A stretch of 64,000 nt of DNA, from the NCBI GenBank assembly GCA_965246715.1, contig CBDFFH010000021.1, positions 32,001 through 96,000 of the forward strand, read 5' to 3'. This stretch comes from Chamaesiphon sp. (GTDB lineage Bacteria; Cyanobacteriota; Cyanobacteriia; Cyanobacteriales; Chamaesiphonaceae). This document shows, piece after piece, positions 31,836 to 42,323 of this stretch. The number at the start of each line of letters is the position of its first letter. Position 1 is the stretch's first letter. The position numbers were made by a program, and so were the translations under genes. Under the pieces are notes generated by a model, which worked only from the letters and a program-made list of their open reading frames with translations, had not been told where the DNA came from and did no database searches.

Positions 31836-31850
31836 TGACTATTATTATCA
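31836..31850. promoter_or_regulatory. Putative Fur box upstream of feoAB
   Basis: Minus strand TGATAATAATAGTCA, 2 mismatches to TGATAATNATTATCA, about 20 bp from the feoA start. Confidence 0.65.
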
Positions 31851-31993
31851 ACTCTATTGCAAGTAAATGTCAATTTATTAGGAAAAATGGATAGAGTTTA
31901 GCTATAATATTTATAGATCTTGCCAAACTCCTGCGATTTGCCCGATCGAATATCAATTATTACCCTGTAACAATCCCAATCCCTTTTCCCTCA

Positions 31994-33208
31994 CTAATTT
32001 AGCTCGTTACCTCGATCGATCATCGCTACCTGTTCGATCGGGCCATCGAGCACCAATCGCTCGGCAATCCCCCCCACGCGCACCCCATAAACAGCACTGC
32101 CGTTACTATAGATAATCTTTCCATCCATCCCGACATCAAACGCTAAAACTCCTTGCCCGATAACTTTTGGTTCTTGGTGCAGGCGTTGCTCGATCAATTC
32201 CCAGGAACGGGGCACCAGTGCCGGCGAATCAGCATCCCCAAATCGTCGATTGCGATCGGCTTCCATCCCAACGTCTACCCATCGTCCCAATAACAACATT
32301 TGACGATTGTTCGACCGTTGTACTGGGGCTGTTGCCAGCAAAGATTTACCTGTATAACGGCGGGTAAAGAAGTTGAGCCACCCAAACAATGCGGCAATTA
32401 AGCGGACGGGAACGAACAGCATCTCTTTAAGCGTGTGCGATAAGCGTACGCGCTGACGCAAGGGACGGTAGGGACGGCGAATATAATACAAAGTACCGTC
32501 TGCCGACATTTGGGGGCTGAGGAGGTCATATTTGGGGTCGCTAGCGAGCGTAATAACTTCCTGTTTATCGAAATCCAATTGTTCGATCGTCGAATGCTCT
32601 TGTTCGATAATATAACCACCGCGATCGCGACTGATGCCAGCCGACTGAAACACGATCGCTTTGCGAGATCCAGGAATCCATTTAGGCGCGAGATCGATCG
32701 CATCGCCTTCGGTTACTTCTTGAAGGTGGACGGCATCTACAGACATCATGGCAATATTTGCCAAGCCATCTTTGCGTACTACCGCACAGGCAATTAATTT
32801 ATGCTCTGGATGAAAATCGACGCGATCGACTTTAAAATCAGCACTGTGAAATAATCTTTTTTCTTTGGGTTGTTGACGCTCGTTCGCCGAGATCGCTAAT
32901 TGCTCTAATGTAAAGATGCCACCAATTTCGCCAGCTTCGAGCGTATAGATCAATCGATCGGCACTAGTCGGACAAACGCCTTGCACCGCAATCAGCACGC
33001 TCGATTCGGATGGAGACGTATCGCCAGACATTCCCGATGGCATAAAATTTGCCATCGTATTCTTTTGCTTCCAACTATTGCGTCGCTGCGTCTGCCATAC
33101 TCGTTGCTGTGCTGCTTGTCCAAACTCACTAGCGATGGCTCGGACGTTTGCCTGACCCAATTTGAGGTAGAGTCTACCTCCAGATAAGTATGCGAAATTA
33201 AAGCTCAT
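31994..33208 (-). CDS. Hypothetical protein, possibly a TolB-like beta-propeller with one hydrophobic segment
   Basis: 404-aa ORF; repeats such as DLAPKWIPG and DLLSPQMSADGTLYY; hydrophobic LFVPVRLIAALFGWLNFF. Confidence 0.6.
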   Translation of the reverse strand: MSFNFAYLSGGRLYLKLGQANVRAIASEFGQAAQQRVWQTQRRNSWKQKNTMANFMPSGMSGDTSPSESSVLIAVQGVCPTSADRLIYTLEAGEIGGIFTLEQLAISANERQQPKEKRLFHSADFKVDRVDFHPEHKLIACAVVRKDGLANIAMMSVDAVHLQEVTEGDAIDLAPKWIPGSRKAIVFQSAGISRDRGGYIIEQEHSTIEQLDFDKQEVITLASDPKYDLLSPQMSADGTLYYIRRPYRPLRQRVRLSHTLKEMLFVPVRLIAALFGWLNFFTRRYTGKSLLATAPVQRSNNRQMLLLGRWVDVGMEADRNRRFGDADSPALVPRSWELIEQRLHQEPKVIGQGVLAFDVGMDGKIIYSNGSAVYGVRVGGIAERLVLDGPIEQVAMIDRGNELN

Positions 33209-33459
33209 TGGACGGTTTTCGTTTAAGCGTTAGCTACGGGGCGATTTAGGGGCGGTAGGAGTACCTTCTATACTGTTCCCCAACAGCCGTCTAGAGATCG
33301 CATGTGGATAAAAGTTTCTCAAAGAAAATTGCGATTGTCCCTGATGTATGGGAAGTTGGCATAAAGAGACACATAAGTTATGACTACCCCAAGATCCCCT
33401 GACTTACGTCTGTAGGTAATTGATGTTTTTGTAATATATTTTGTTGTCAAAAGGATTTA

Positions 33460-34125
33460 TCAACTTACTGTATTTCTGGAAATTGACTTCCACCCTTTCT
33501 TCTCGATAACATCTTCTATCTCAGATTCCAAAGCTACAAAAGCAGGTAAAACTCGCAAAGAGCTAAAATCATCAATTAGTTCGGCAACACGATGTACACG
33601 TTCATGTACGGAAAACTTCCTAATTCTTCCTGCTGGAAGCTCACTAGCTTGGCGGAGAAGATTGTGTAAAACTTTTTTAGGATCGGGTTCACAATCTATT
33701 TGTTTGAGAATTGGTAATTGTAGATTAATTTTTCCATTGGGATTGGATGCAGCTTTACGCAAAGCAATAGTGTCAAACAGAAGCCATGCTTCTGTCATGT
33801 GAACTGGTACAACACAAACTGTTGGTACGGAAATGACATAACTAAGTTGAGAAAGGGTTGTCCGGATCTCATTGATACGAATCTCATGAGACTCTTTCTC
33901 AGCATCACGATGGATGAATAAAAGATCGCAAGGATATAATTCCAAGCTCAATTCAATTTCTTTTGCTAATGTATCTCTTTTCGATCTATTTATACCACGA
34001 AGATCTGCCTACTGATTTTGGATAGCACAATCACTAAGATGATTTCTCAATAGCCAGTCAATTATCGGAATCAGTGCTCTATCTGAGCTACCATCAGAGC
34101 GCAATGTGTAACGAAGTTCTCTCAT
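33460..34125 (-). pseudogene. TOPRIM-like (DUF4276-like) partner of the ABC-type ATPase, with an in-frame TAG at codon 39
   Basis: MRELRYTLRSDGSSDRALIPIIDWLLRNHLSDCAIQNQ*ADLRG...LFIHRDAE...VPVHMTEAWLL; stop at 34009-34011, same frame on both sides. Confidence 0.8.
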
Positions 34126-34127
34126 AA

Positions 34128-35812
34128 TCAACTGACCGAGAAGCCAGGAATTAATAGTTGCAGATCTTTTCTGTCAACAACTCGATGTTTTTTGACTTTT
34201 GCAGGTTTTGACTCTCGATCGTCTGGGTCGTCATCGTTATATTCAGATTCCAAATCTTGATTAGGAACAGGATTGAGATATGCAAGCAGTTTGCCTCTAG
34301 AGATTACATTTGTATTGTTAGATTCTGGATCTTTAGTTTGTCGCCAAGTATCAGGTAGGTATCCAAAACAAACCCGTTTAAATCTTTTCCCATAACTCAC
34401 TGTTTCCTTCAATTCAGCTACTAACAGACTGTCATCAGGTATTTGTAAAACAACTGCTGGGGAATGCGTATTTATAATCACCTGTCTTAAAGGATTATCA
34501 AGTCCAATTTCCTCACTTGTATCAGCAGCAATATCTTGAAGAAGTTGAAGGATTTTTGGAATTCGCTCTGGATGAATTCCATTTTCTGGTTCTTCAAGAC
34601 ATAAAAGACCTTGTGCTTCTGGGTCTAATGCAAGAACTGCTAGTGCCAAAAAGCGCATAGTTCCATCTGAAAGTGCTTTAGCTGGATGTGATGTTCCGTC
34701 TCTACTTGTCACCATCAACGTAAGAAGCTCGCGCCGATTATCTCGATCGACCCATACTTTATCTACATCATCAATCAATGTTGCTAATCGGTTGGCAATC
34801 TCATAATAAATTGGGTTATCTACGTCATTGTCTGATTGTCCATTTTTGTATCTTTCTAGTCTCGCCAAGTGATAGAGAGTTGCAGCCAAGTGAGAGCCAT
34901 CTGTTTCTAATTTAGTAGGGGCAGTGAATTCATCAGGTTGCCTCAAGGAAGACGGCTCTAGTTGAAGCAATCGCCAGGATTGCATTTCTCTGCGAGCCAT
35001 TAAAGCTGTTGGGCTTTCAGCAGCATTAGTAACAGATAAAACTGTACGAGGAAGATTAATTGCAGATCTTGTGAGGGGTCTACCACTACTTCCACCATCC
35101 TGATGAAGTTTGATTACCCTACCTGTGCCTTCACCTTCTGTAGAAATAAAGAAAGGTACTCTTCGCTCGCCTTGTACTGCGGTCTTCCTCCAAGTTTTTG
35201 CAGCGTGAGGAAACAATAAATGTTTAGCTGCATCTTTCAAATTAATGTGAACCAATTCCTCTTTGAGAATTTCCAATACTCCCAAGGAACGAAGACTATC
35301 ATCAGCACGGTAAGTAAGGTCAACAGAATACCGCAAAAAAGTGATACTTGACTTTGCCTTTTGACCTAGATCGTCAATGCCCTCTCGGGATACAATCATT
35401 TCTGCTTCAAAAGATATTGTATCAGCGTAAGTATCACCTACTCTATGAAATAGACTTCTGGCGTTGCTGAATTAATGTATGAAACGCACAAACAATTTTT
35501 GTAGGGGTAATGCCTCGTGCTTACCCCGCATCGATTCAGGGTACCCACAAGGAGCACCCCTACAAAAAATCATACCCATATTCAGCAACGCCGAAATAGA
35601 CTTCTTATATCACCTGTTTTTCCTTCTTCATCTCGAACAGATAGGGCAGCCTCAACTAAAGGTAAACTAGCTAACGCACTGAGGAACCTAATTGCATCAA
35701 ATAGATTAGATTTACCTACCCCATTTGCACCAGCGATGCAGGTGAATGTTCCAAATCGAACATCTACATCCACAAGATTTTTAAAGCCAGAAATTTTTAA
35801 TCTAGTTAACAT
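34128..35812 (-). pseudogene. AAA_21/ABC-type (AbiEii/OLD-like) ATPase disrupted by a MITE
   Basis: Walker A GANGVGKS in the 5' fragment; LSDGT, LEEPENGIHP, NTHSP in the 3' fragment; removing the insert and one TSD restores ...DIRSLF-HRVGDTYADTISFEAEMIVSRE... Confidence 0.9.
35460..35592. mobile_element. 133-bp MITE with GGCGTTGCTGAA terminal inverted repeats, a 13-bp target duplication and an internal GTAGGGG...CCCCTAC REP
   Basis: GAAATAGACTTCT repeated at 35447-35459 and 35593-35605. Confidence 0.92.
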
Positions 35813-35889
35813 TGTAAGTCTTTACAAAATCTTAATTGGGGATAGGGAGCATTTTGGTATCAAAAGCACTCTCCAATGAAATATCTAAC

Positions 35890-37500
35890 TTATGCAGGTT
35901 GCTTCATCGATGCTTCGGCTTCTTCCATCTTGGTTTGAGCCGCATACAAGCGATTCAATGCGTTGATATAAGCCTGCGCCGAAGCGACGATAATATCTGT
36001 ATTTGCTGCATAACCAGAGTAAGTTCGATCGTTATACTTCAAGCGAATCGTTACTTCTCCGATCGCGTCGATTCCCGCTGTTACCGATTGTACCGAAAAT
36101 TCAATCAATTGATTTGGTACATCAACAACGCGATTGATTGCCTTGTAGATTGCATCTACAGGGCCAGTCCCGATCGCGGCATCGGTCAACTCTTCCCCAC
36201 CTGGCATCCCGATTGTCACAGTTGCTGTAGGTTGAGCGGGGTCGCCGCAGGAAACCTGAACTCGTTGTAACGTAAAGATTTCGGGAGCTTGTTTGATTTC
36301 ATCGTTAACGATCGCTTCTAAATCTCGATCGGTAATTTCTTTCTTCTTATCAGCAACATCTTTAAATCGCAAGAAGGCTTTATTCAAGTCATTCTCGGAT
36401 AAATCCATCCCCAATTCTACCAAGCGGGTACGGAAGGCATTGCGACCAGATAATTTACCTAAGACGATCGAATTATCTGTCAAGCCGATCGATTGTGCGT
36501 CCATGATTTCATAGGTCAGCTTGTTTTTTAACACGCCATCCTGATGGATTCCCGACTCATGTGCGAAGGCATTGGCACCGACGATCGCTTTATTAGGTTG
36601 AACCAGCATCCCAGTTAGGCTCGAAACCAAGCGAGAAGTCTTATAAATTTGGCGCGTATCGACTTGGGTTAGCGGCTCGATCGAATCTACCGGACGACCT
36701 AAAAATGGGTTGAAGTACTGACGGCGGACATGTAGAGCCATCACTAATTCTTCTAATGAAGCATTGCCAGCGCGTTCGCCGATGCCATTGATCGTACATT
36801 CCAATTGCCGCGCGCCATATTTGACTGCTTCTAAAAAGTTAGCCACAGCCAATCCCAGATCGTCGTGTCCATGAACGGAAATAATCGCTCGATCGATATT
36901 TGGGACGTTTGCTTTAATCCCTTTAATTAACGCACCAAATTCCGATGGTGTTGTATAACCCACCGTATCGGGAATATTCACCGTCGTTGCACCATTGGCG
37001 ATCGCGCGTTCTAATACTTCATACAAAAAATCTGGATCGCTCCGTCCGGCATCTTCCGGCGAAAACTCCACATCATCGACGAAAGTTTTCGCATAAGCGA
37101 CCATCTCACCAGCAATTTGCAAGACTTCTTTACGCGTCTTTTTTAGTTTGTATTCTAAATGAATATCCGATGTAGCGATAAAGGTATGAATCCGGTGTTT
37201 GGCAGCAGGTTTTAAGGCTTCGGCGGCTGCTTTGATATCTTTTTCGCTCGCGCGTGCCAATCCGCAAATAATCGGGCCAGAAGGTTTGCCTACTTTATCG
37301 GCGATCTGTTGGACTGCATCGAAATCGCCACGACTGGAGTAGGGAAAACCAGCTTCGATCACATCTACACCCAATCGCGCTAATTGTCTGGCGATCGTCA
37401 GTTTTTCATCAACATTTAACGTCGCACCTGGAGATTGTTCGCCATCGCGTAAGGTGGTATCGAAAATAATTACGCGGTCGTTATTTACTGAATCGCTCAT
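35890..37500 (-). CDS. leuA: 2-isopropylmalate synthase
   Basis: [45 protein letters not shown]. Confidence 0.97.
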   Translation of the reverse strand: MSDSVNNDRVIIFDTTLRDGEQSPGATLNVDEKLTIARQLARLGVDVIEAGFPYSSRGDFDAVQQIADKVGKPSGPIICGLARASEKDIKAAAEALKPAAKHRIHTFIATSDIHLEYKLKKTRKEVLQIAGEMVAYAKTFVDDVEFSPEDAGRSDPDFLYEVLERAIANGATTVNIPDTVGYTTPSEFGALIKGIKANVPNIDRAIISVHGHDDLGLAVANFLEAVKYGARQLECTINGIGERAGNASLEELVMALHVRRQYFNPFLGRPVDSIEPLTQVDTRQIYKTSRLVSSLTGMLVQPNKAIVGANAFAHESGIHQDGVLKNKLTYEIMDAQSIGLTDNSIVLGKLSGRNAFRTRLVELGMDLSENDLNKAFLRFKDVADKKKEITDRDLEAIVNDEIKQAPEIFTLQRVQVSCGDPAQPTATVTIGMPGGEELTDAAIGTGPVDAIYKAINRVVDVPNQLIEFSVQSVTAGIDAIGEVTIRLKYNDRTYSGYAANTDIIVASAQAYINALNRLYAAQTKMEEAEASMKQPA

Positions 37501-37817
37501 GATCTGGTTCCTAGTTTAACTATTAAAACTTTGCTGTTGAGTCGCGCGTGAGTTTTTCGGTGACAAACGTTGAATTCTCAAGGATTTCAATCGATCGCCA
37601 CCTATTTAAGCATGAGGGACTGCAATAAACTCACAGATTTAATCGTTAATAGTTGCCAAAACACCTTGCTTTCCTCCAAGCTATGGAATCTCCTTATTCA
37701 ATTTTATCACAAAGATCGCGGTAACGAGCGAGCCTGGATCTAGCCAGAATCTTTCAGACGCGATCGCGAGCGGCATTGCTGCATCGACCGACTGTTCCAT
37801 CCCAATGGCCTATAAAA

Positions 37818-38141
37818 ATGAAAAAATATTACAAATTGAGTTCAACCGATTTTCAATTCGCTACAGATGAAGAATCTCTTGCATATCTTCAGGAGATCGT
37901 GGAGTCTATGGTGCAGCTTTTTAGTGTGAAACCTGAAAACTGTATCGAGTGCATTAATCAAGCATGGTCACATATGCCAATGGTTGGTGATGATTTAGTA
38001 TACCGAGAGTCTCCAAATTACTGGGCAAACCATTTTATGTTTGGCCGGGATTCCTATTGGTGGGTTCAGAATCGCGAACGTCTTGAACCGCTGCAACCAC
38101 TACCTTATTGGTCTGACAAAATTGGTGATGACAAAGATTGA
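37818..38141 (+). CDS. Hypothetical protein (107 aa, acidic/aromatic)
   Basis: ATG 37818 MKKYYKLSS...YRESPNYWAN...SYWW; no recognised motif. Confidence 0.6.
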   Translation: MKKYYKLSSTDFQFATDEESLAYLQEIVESMVQLFSVKPENCIECINQAWSHMPMVGDDLVYRESPNYWANHFMFGRDSYWWVQNRERLEPLQPLPYWSDKIGDDKD

Positions 38142-38211
38142 AGCCGGAGCAGTTGAACTTTTGATGATATGATAACCAACACTCAATAATTCAAGTAGTG
38201 TATTCGTTTTC

Positions 38212-38589
38212 ATGCCGACAAATGATTCTGAACTGCAAGCTCAAGCTAGAAGAATTCTGGATGCGATCGCTTTCATGCCCTTTGAGCAATGCCAATCTCT
38301 GAGCCGTGGATTTGAAAGCATTCCCGCTCGTCCTGGCATATATGCAGTTAGACATAGAACGGATGGACTGCTTTATATTGGTAAAACTAAAAGTTTGCGA
38401 GGACGCTTCAGTGGTGGTCATAAAGCTTTTTTGTGGGCATGGCTCGATAAATATAACGATGAAGACGTGCGGATTGCGGTACAACTCATTTCACACTGGG
38501 AAAATCCTGCGCTACTATTGGAATTAGAATCGATTGTCCTAAGAGCGACAGAGCCACCATACAACGTTCAAATTCCAGCAGAGATGTAA
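38212..38589 (+). CDS. GIY-YIG nuclease family protein
   Basis: PGIYAV...LLYIGKTKSLRGRF...LE...PPYN. Confidence 0.85.
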   Translation: MPTNDSELQAQARRILDAIAFMPFEQCQSLSRGFESIPARPGIYAVRHRTDGLLYIGKTKSLRGRFSGGHKAFLWAWLDKYNDEDVRIAVQLISHWENPALLLELESIVLRATEPPYNVQIPAEM

Positions 38590-38593
38590 AGTT

Positions 38594-38800
38594 ATGCAAA
38601 CCCAACTTCACGAACAACTCTCTCGCTCTGATACTGAAGTCATTCTGTTACATTTGCCCGAACGGATTCGTACCGCTCTGATCGCTCGTGCGACCGAAAT
38701 TGACTACCCGATCGAAGCAGTTGTTGAGATGGCGATCGCTAGTTTTCTCGATACTGATGCTTTGGGTTTTGCTGATTGTAAACCGGGGCGTGGACAGTAA
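38594..38800 (+). CDS. Small hypothetical protein, RHH/CopG-like
   Basis: ILLHLPERIRTALIARATEIDYPIEAVVEMAIASFLD fits a strand-helix-helix pattern; 4 bp after the GIY-YIG stop. Confidence 0.65.
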   Translation: MQTQLHEQLSRSDTEVILLHLPERIRTALIARATEIDYPIEAVVEMAIASFLDTDALGFADCKPGRGQ

Positions 38801-39121
38801 AATTTTAGGCGATCGGTAGGACTGGCTTGAGTATAAAAATATTTCGATCGATAGCGATCTACATCCGGTTTACCTCACCAGATCGATCGCCATCGCTAAA
38901 AAATTAGATATTTCTATAACGAATCGACTTTTTCAATCCGATCGCGAATATCGTTGAGATCGATATACCGATCGGTGACATTTCGCAGCTCTCTGGCAAT
39001 CGTGCCTTCCATCGAGATAACGGTAATGTGGGTATTTTTCGATCGCAGTAACTCGATCGACTATGTGAATTCATATGTAAATAGTTAGTTTGGGAAATAT
39101 CGATCGCGCATTATTCATTAA

Positions 39122-39155
39122 AAATACCTGGGAGCCAACACTCCCAGGTATTTTA
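39122..39155. terminator. Intrinsic terminator downstream of lexA (bidirectional)
   Basis: AAAATACCTGGGAG-ccaaca-CTCCCAGGTATTTT. Confidence 0.7.
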
Positions 39156-39220
39156 ATTTTCGAGATAGAGATACCGATCGCTTTCTAGCCACTAGTCACT
39201 AGTCACTAGCCACTCTCATG

Positions 39221-39835
39221 CTACCTTTTCGTTGACATATAACCGCGCCAAACACCAACTAATACACCTTGTAATCGAACGCGATCGGCTTGAGCTTCGA
39301 TCGGTTTGTACTGGGGGTTGGCTGGTTGCAGAGTAATCGTCTCACCTTGACGATGATAATGTTTGAGCGTGGTGCCTTGCCCTTCCACTTGTGCGGCAAC
39401 GATCGTTCCGTTTTTGACCTCAGCGGAGTTCTTAACGGGCTGCATGATAGCCATATCGCCTTCAACGATCGAATCTCCAATCATGCTATCGCCCATCACT
39501 TGGAGGGCAAAATAATCGGACTGGTGAAAAAATGGCGCTAAATCTAATTTATCCAGCGTGTCGGTAAACGGTTCGACTAATCCACCTGCGGCAATCGTCC
39601 CAAAAATTGGTACGCCACTAGCTGCATATTTGAGGATTTTAATCGTCCGCGCTTTGCCTTCCGCCCATTCAATAAACCCTTTATTTCGCAGATGTTCCAA
39701 TCGACTTTGGATCGGTGCGGGCGATTTGAGGTTCATTGCTTGCATCATCTGCCGGATCGATGGCGCGTGTTGATTGTCACGGATATAGTCTACAAGCCAA
39801 TCATAGAGTTCCTGTTGGGCTTTAGTTAGTTCCAT
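39221..39835 (-). CDS. lexA: LexA repressor
   Basis: PSIRQMM...SPAPIQSRL, IAAG cleavage site, GDSM, TLK. Confidence 0.95.
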   Translation of the reverse strand: MELTKAQQELYDWLVDYIRDNQHAPSIRQMMQAMNLKSPAPIQSRLEHLRNKGFIEWAEGKARTIKILKYAASGVPIFGTIAAGGLVEPFTDTLDKLDLAPFFHQSDYFALQVMGDSMIGDSIVEGDMAIMQPVKNSAEVKNGTIVAAQVEGQGTTLKHYHRQGETITLQPANPQYKPIEAQADRVRLQGVLVGVWRGYMSTKR

Positions 39836-39978
39836 AAATCAATTTTCTAGAAGTCAATATATATCTACTATAGGTCTGTCGTACTATTTTAGTCCAGTAT
39901 TTTTTAGTATTTATTTTCTAATCGTTGGTTAAGAATGGTTGGTAAAAAATTAGCTAACCAAGCCTCATTCACAATCGA

Positions 39979-40043
39979 TCTTTGCAGAAATTAAGGGGTA
40001 GGGGCAACTCATGAGTTATCCCTACCCTTAATTTCTGCAACGC
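39979..40043. mobile_element. Minimal MITE of the GCGTTGCWGAA family with a GTAGGGG/CCCTAC REP core and a 10-12 bp flanking duplication
   Basis: TTGCAGAAATTAAGGG...CCCTTAATTTCTGCAA; TCACAATCGATC at 39969-39980 and 40044-40055. Confidence 0.7.
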
Positions 40044-40105
40044 TCACAATCGATCGGGTGTTGCGATTGAATATCGGTAGTGCTAAGGATTAGAGCGAGT
40101 TAAGA

Positions 40106-40954
40106 CTATTCCGGAGCCACTTCCCCGCTAAACACCAACTCAGCAGGGCCAGTCATGTAGACACGATTATCTTCCTGAGACCATTCAATTTGGAGACAAC
40201 CACCCGGCAATTCTACCGTACAGCGGCGATCGCACTTATCGGTCAATACTCCAGCAACTACCGTCGCACAAGCACCAGTCCCGCAGGCTAAAGTAATGCC
40301 AGCACCGCGCTCCCAGACACGCATTCTCACGTAATCAGGACGAATGACTTGAACGAATTCGGTATTAATCCGCTGGGGGAAAACTGAATGATGCTCGAAT
40401 TTTGGCCCCAAAGTTTCCAGGGGAATTGCCTGTGCATCATCCACAAATGTGATGCAGTGCGGATTGCCCATATTCACACAAGTAACTGTCCATGCTCTAC
40501 CATCGACTTCGATCGATCGATCGATTATTTTATCATCTGCTTTACCGAGCGTTGTCGGGATTGCGGCAGCAGTCAAGCGGGGTTCGCCCATATCCACCTG
40601 TACCTGTCCTTCGGGCAGGACTTCGGGTACCATTATTCCGCCGAGCGTATGAATTTGATAGGTAACGGCGAGATCGGTTTTCCCTTCCAAATCGGCGATA
40701 AATTTTGCCATGCACCGAATCCCATTGCCGCACATTTCTGGCTCGGAACCATCCGAGTTGAAAATCCGCATCGTGTAGTCGCTACCATTTTGCCCTGGCA
40801 ATACGAAGATCACCCCATCAGCCCCGATCCCAAAATGGCGATCGCACCAGATAATTGCCTCTTCAGGCTCGATTACCGGAGTATCGCTGCTACGATTATC
40901 GATCAGGATAAAATCGTTGCCTAAGCCTTGATATTTGCTAAATGGGATGGTCAT
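40106..40954 (-). CDS. dapF: Diaminopimelate epimerase (start re-assigned to ATG 40954)
   Basis: [36 protein letters not shown]. Confidence 0.96.
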   Translation of the reverse strand: MTIPFSKYQGLGNDFILIDNRSSDTPVIEPEEAIIWCDRHFGIGADGVIFVLPGQNGSDYTMRIFNSDGSEPEMCGNGIRCMAKFIADLEGKTDLAVTYQIHTLGGIMVPEVLPEGQVQVDMGEPRLTAAAIPTTLGKADDKIIDRSIEVDGRAWTVTCVNMGNPHCITFVDDAQAIPLETLGPKFEHHSVFPQRINTEFVQVIRPDYVRMRVWERGAGITLACGTGACATVVAGVLTDKCDRRCTVELPGGCLQIEWSQEDNRVYMTGPAELVFSGEVAPE

Positions 40955-40998
40955 TCGATTTTGGATTTTGGGGGTTGGATTTTGGATCGACGGCAACA

Positions 40999-41166
40999 TC
41001 AGCCAAATTGTTGTTTGGCTTGTTCGTAAATCTCCATAGTAATTTCGGTAACGCCGCGTTCTTGGGCGAACTTTTCGATCTTTTTTCGTGCCGCAGGACG
41101 CACAAAGAAGGGAATCTCCTTGAGCTTTGCTTCTGCTTCGGTCGTCCAAGCGACGTTAACACTCAT
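40999..41166 (-). CDS. Stand-alone PCP_red (protochlorophyllide reductase C-terminal-like) domain protein, 55 aa, missed by the ORF track
   Basis: Manual translation [55 protein letters not shown]. Confidence 0.85.
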   Translation of the reverse strand: MSVNVAWTTEAEAKLKEIPFFVRPAARKKIEKFAQERGVTEITMEIYEQAKQQFG

Positions 41167-41223
41167 GGGTGTAGTGGAGTAAAGGGATCTGGACTAAATG
41201 CGTAATCGATCGCCAGTAACCGC

Positions 41224-41508
41224 TTACAATGTGTTGCGGCGATTATCGAGATTTGGCAATGGCGCGCGATCGGAAGATGGCAAATATAATTGTTTGGATT
41301 TGCGATCTGCTGCGGATTCAGCTTGCTGAATGCACCACCAACGATAGCCGATCGCGGCACCAGAAGTCAAAAATCCCAAGATCGTCAATGTGCCGATCGC
41401 ATTTACGCCACCGAGAACGGCATCGACGGCACCGACGATGATGATAAAGCTGGAGATTGGTTCTTTACGGTAAAGTCTTTTCAAGAAGGTAGGAAAGATC
41501 GCGTTCAT
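41224..41508 (-). CDS. Small two-TM hypothetical protein
   Basis: LYRKEPISSFIIIVGAVDAVLGG...; two hydrophobic stretches. Confidence 0.7.
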   Translation of the reverse strand: MNAIFPTFLKRLYRKEPISSFIIIVGAVDAVLGGVNAIGTLTILGFLTSGAAIGYRWWCIQQAESAADRKSKQLYLPSSDRAPLPNLDNRRNTL

Positions 41509-42060
41509 TTAGTGGTGGTTTCGCTAGGATCTCGATCGTGCGGCTTCGAGGCGCAATCGATCTATTCCTATTCTACAATCTCAGTCTAGGGGGTCGGTCG
41601 ATTAGCACGAACGATTGGGGCAATATACGTAGATCGGTCACTACTACTGTGCCCAAATTTGGACATTGAATCTCAATCTACGCGCGGACGCGGCCAGCTC
41701 TAGCCTAATGGATCGACAATCCCAGCCAAGCAAGAGGGTTTTGATCTGTAAAATATTCGATCGCCAGCAGTGATGCAAAGCCAATCATGGCTGCACGACC
41801 ATTTAATTTCTCGGCAAAGCGGTTGAACCCAAATCTGGTGACGACTAATTTGGGTTGGACGGTAGGCTGTGGTGTAACCATGATTGAGAGTATTGCGATT
41901 TGTAAACTCAGCTATTTTCTATTCTACGGCTGTTTGGTACGATCGGCTAGCGATCGACCGATCGAGCCAGCTGTTGCTAAGCTCTGCCCATAAATTCATA
42001 GATCCAATACTATCAGCGGTTAGAAACCGTTGAGAGGGTGTCTTAAAAGCGTAGATCTAA

Positions 42061-42323
42061 ATCCCCCCAACCCCCTTAAAAAGAGCAGGGTGGTTTCATA
42101 CACCGAAAGAAAAATCGCTCAGTCCACTGCAGTGGACTTTTGCTCTTAGCCCGAAATTCATTTCAGGGCGGTTGAAGACTGAGCACCAAGGTTCTTGCAT
42201 TTTTATTTTCTTGTATGAAACCACCCTGCCAACCCCCTTAAAAAGGGGGAGAAAGAGTCAAAGTCCCCCTTTTTAAGGGGGATTTAGGGGGATTGACATT
42301 GGGTTAGGTAGCAACTTAGGTTA
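42061..42323. mobile_element. Nested repeat: CCCCCTTAAAAAGGGGG-type REP interrupted by a 145-bp TIR element (42085-42229), followed by a TAGGTAGCAACTTAGGTTA end
   Basis: Perfect 18-bp TIR GCAGGGTGGTTTCATACA/TGTATGAAACCACCCTGC; CAACCCCCTTAAAAAG repeated at 42068-42083 and 42230-42245. Confidence 0.85.

Noticed and set aside
35479..35879. Plus-strand ORFs over the MITE as a possible transposase
   Set aside because: Short, no DDE or HUH motif, and antisense to the ATPase pseudogene.
39860..39900. LexA autoregulatory box upstream of lexA
   Set aside because: The best match (minus strand AGTACGACAGACCT) has two mismatches in the second half-site, too weak to call.
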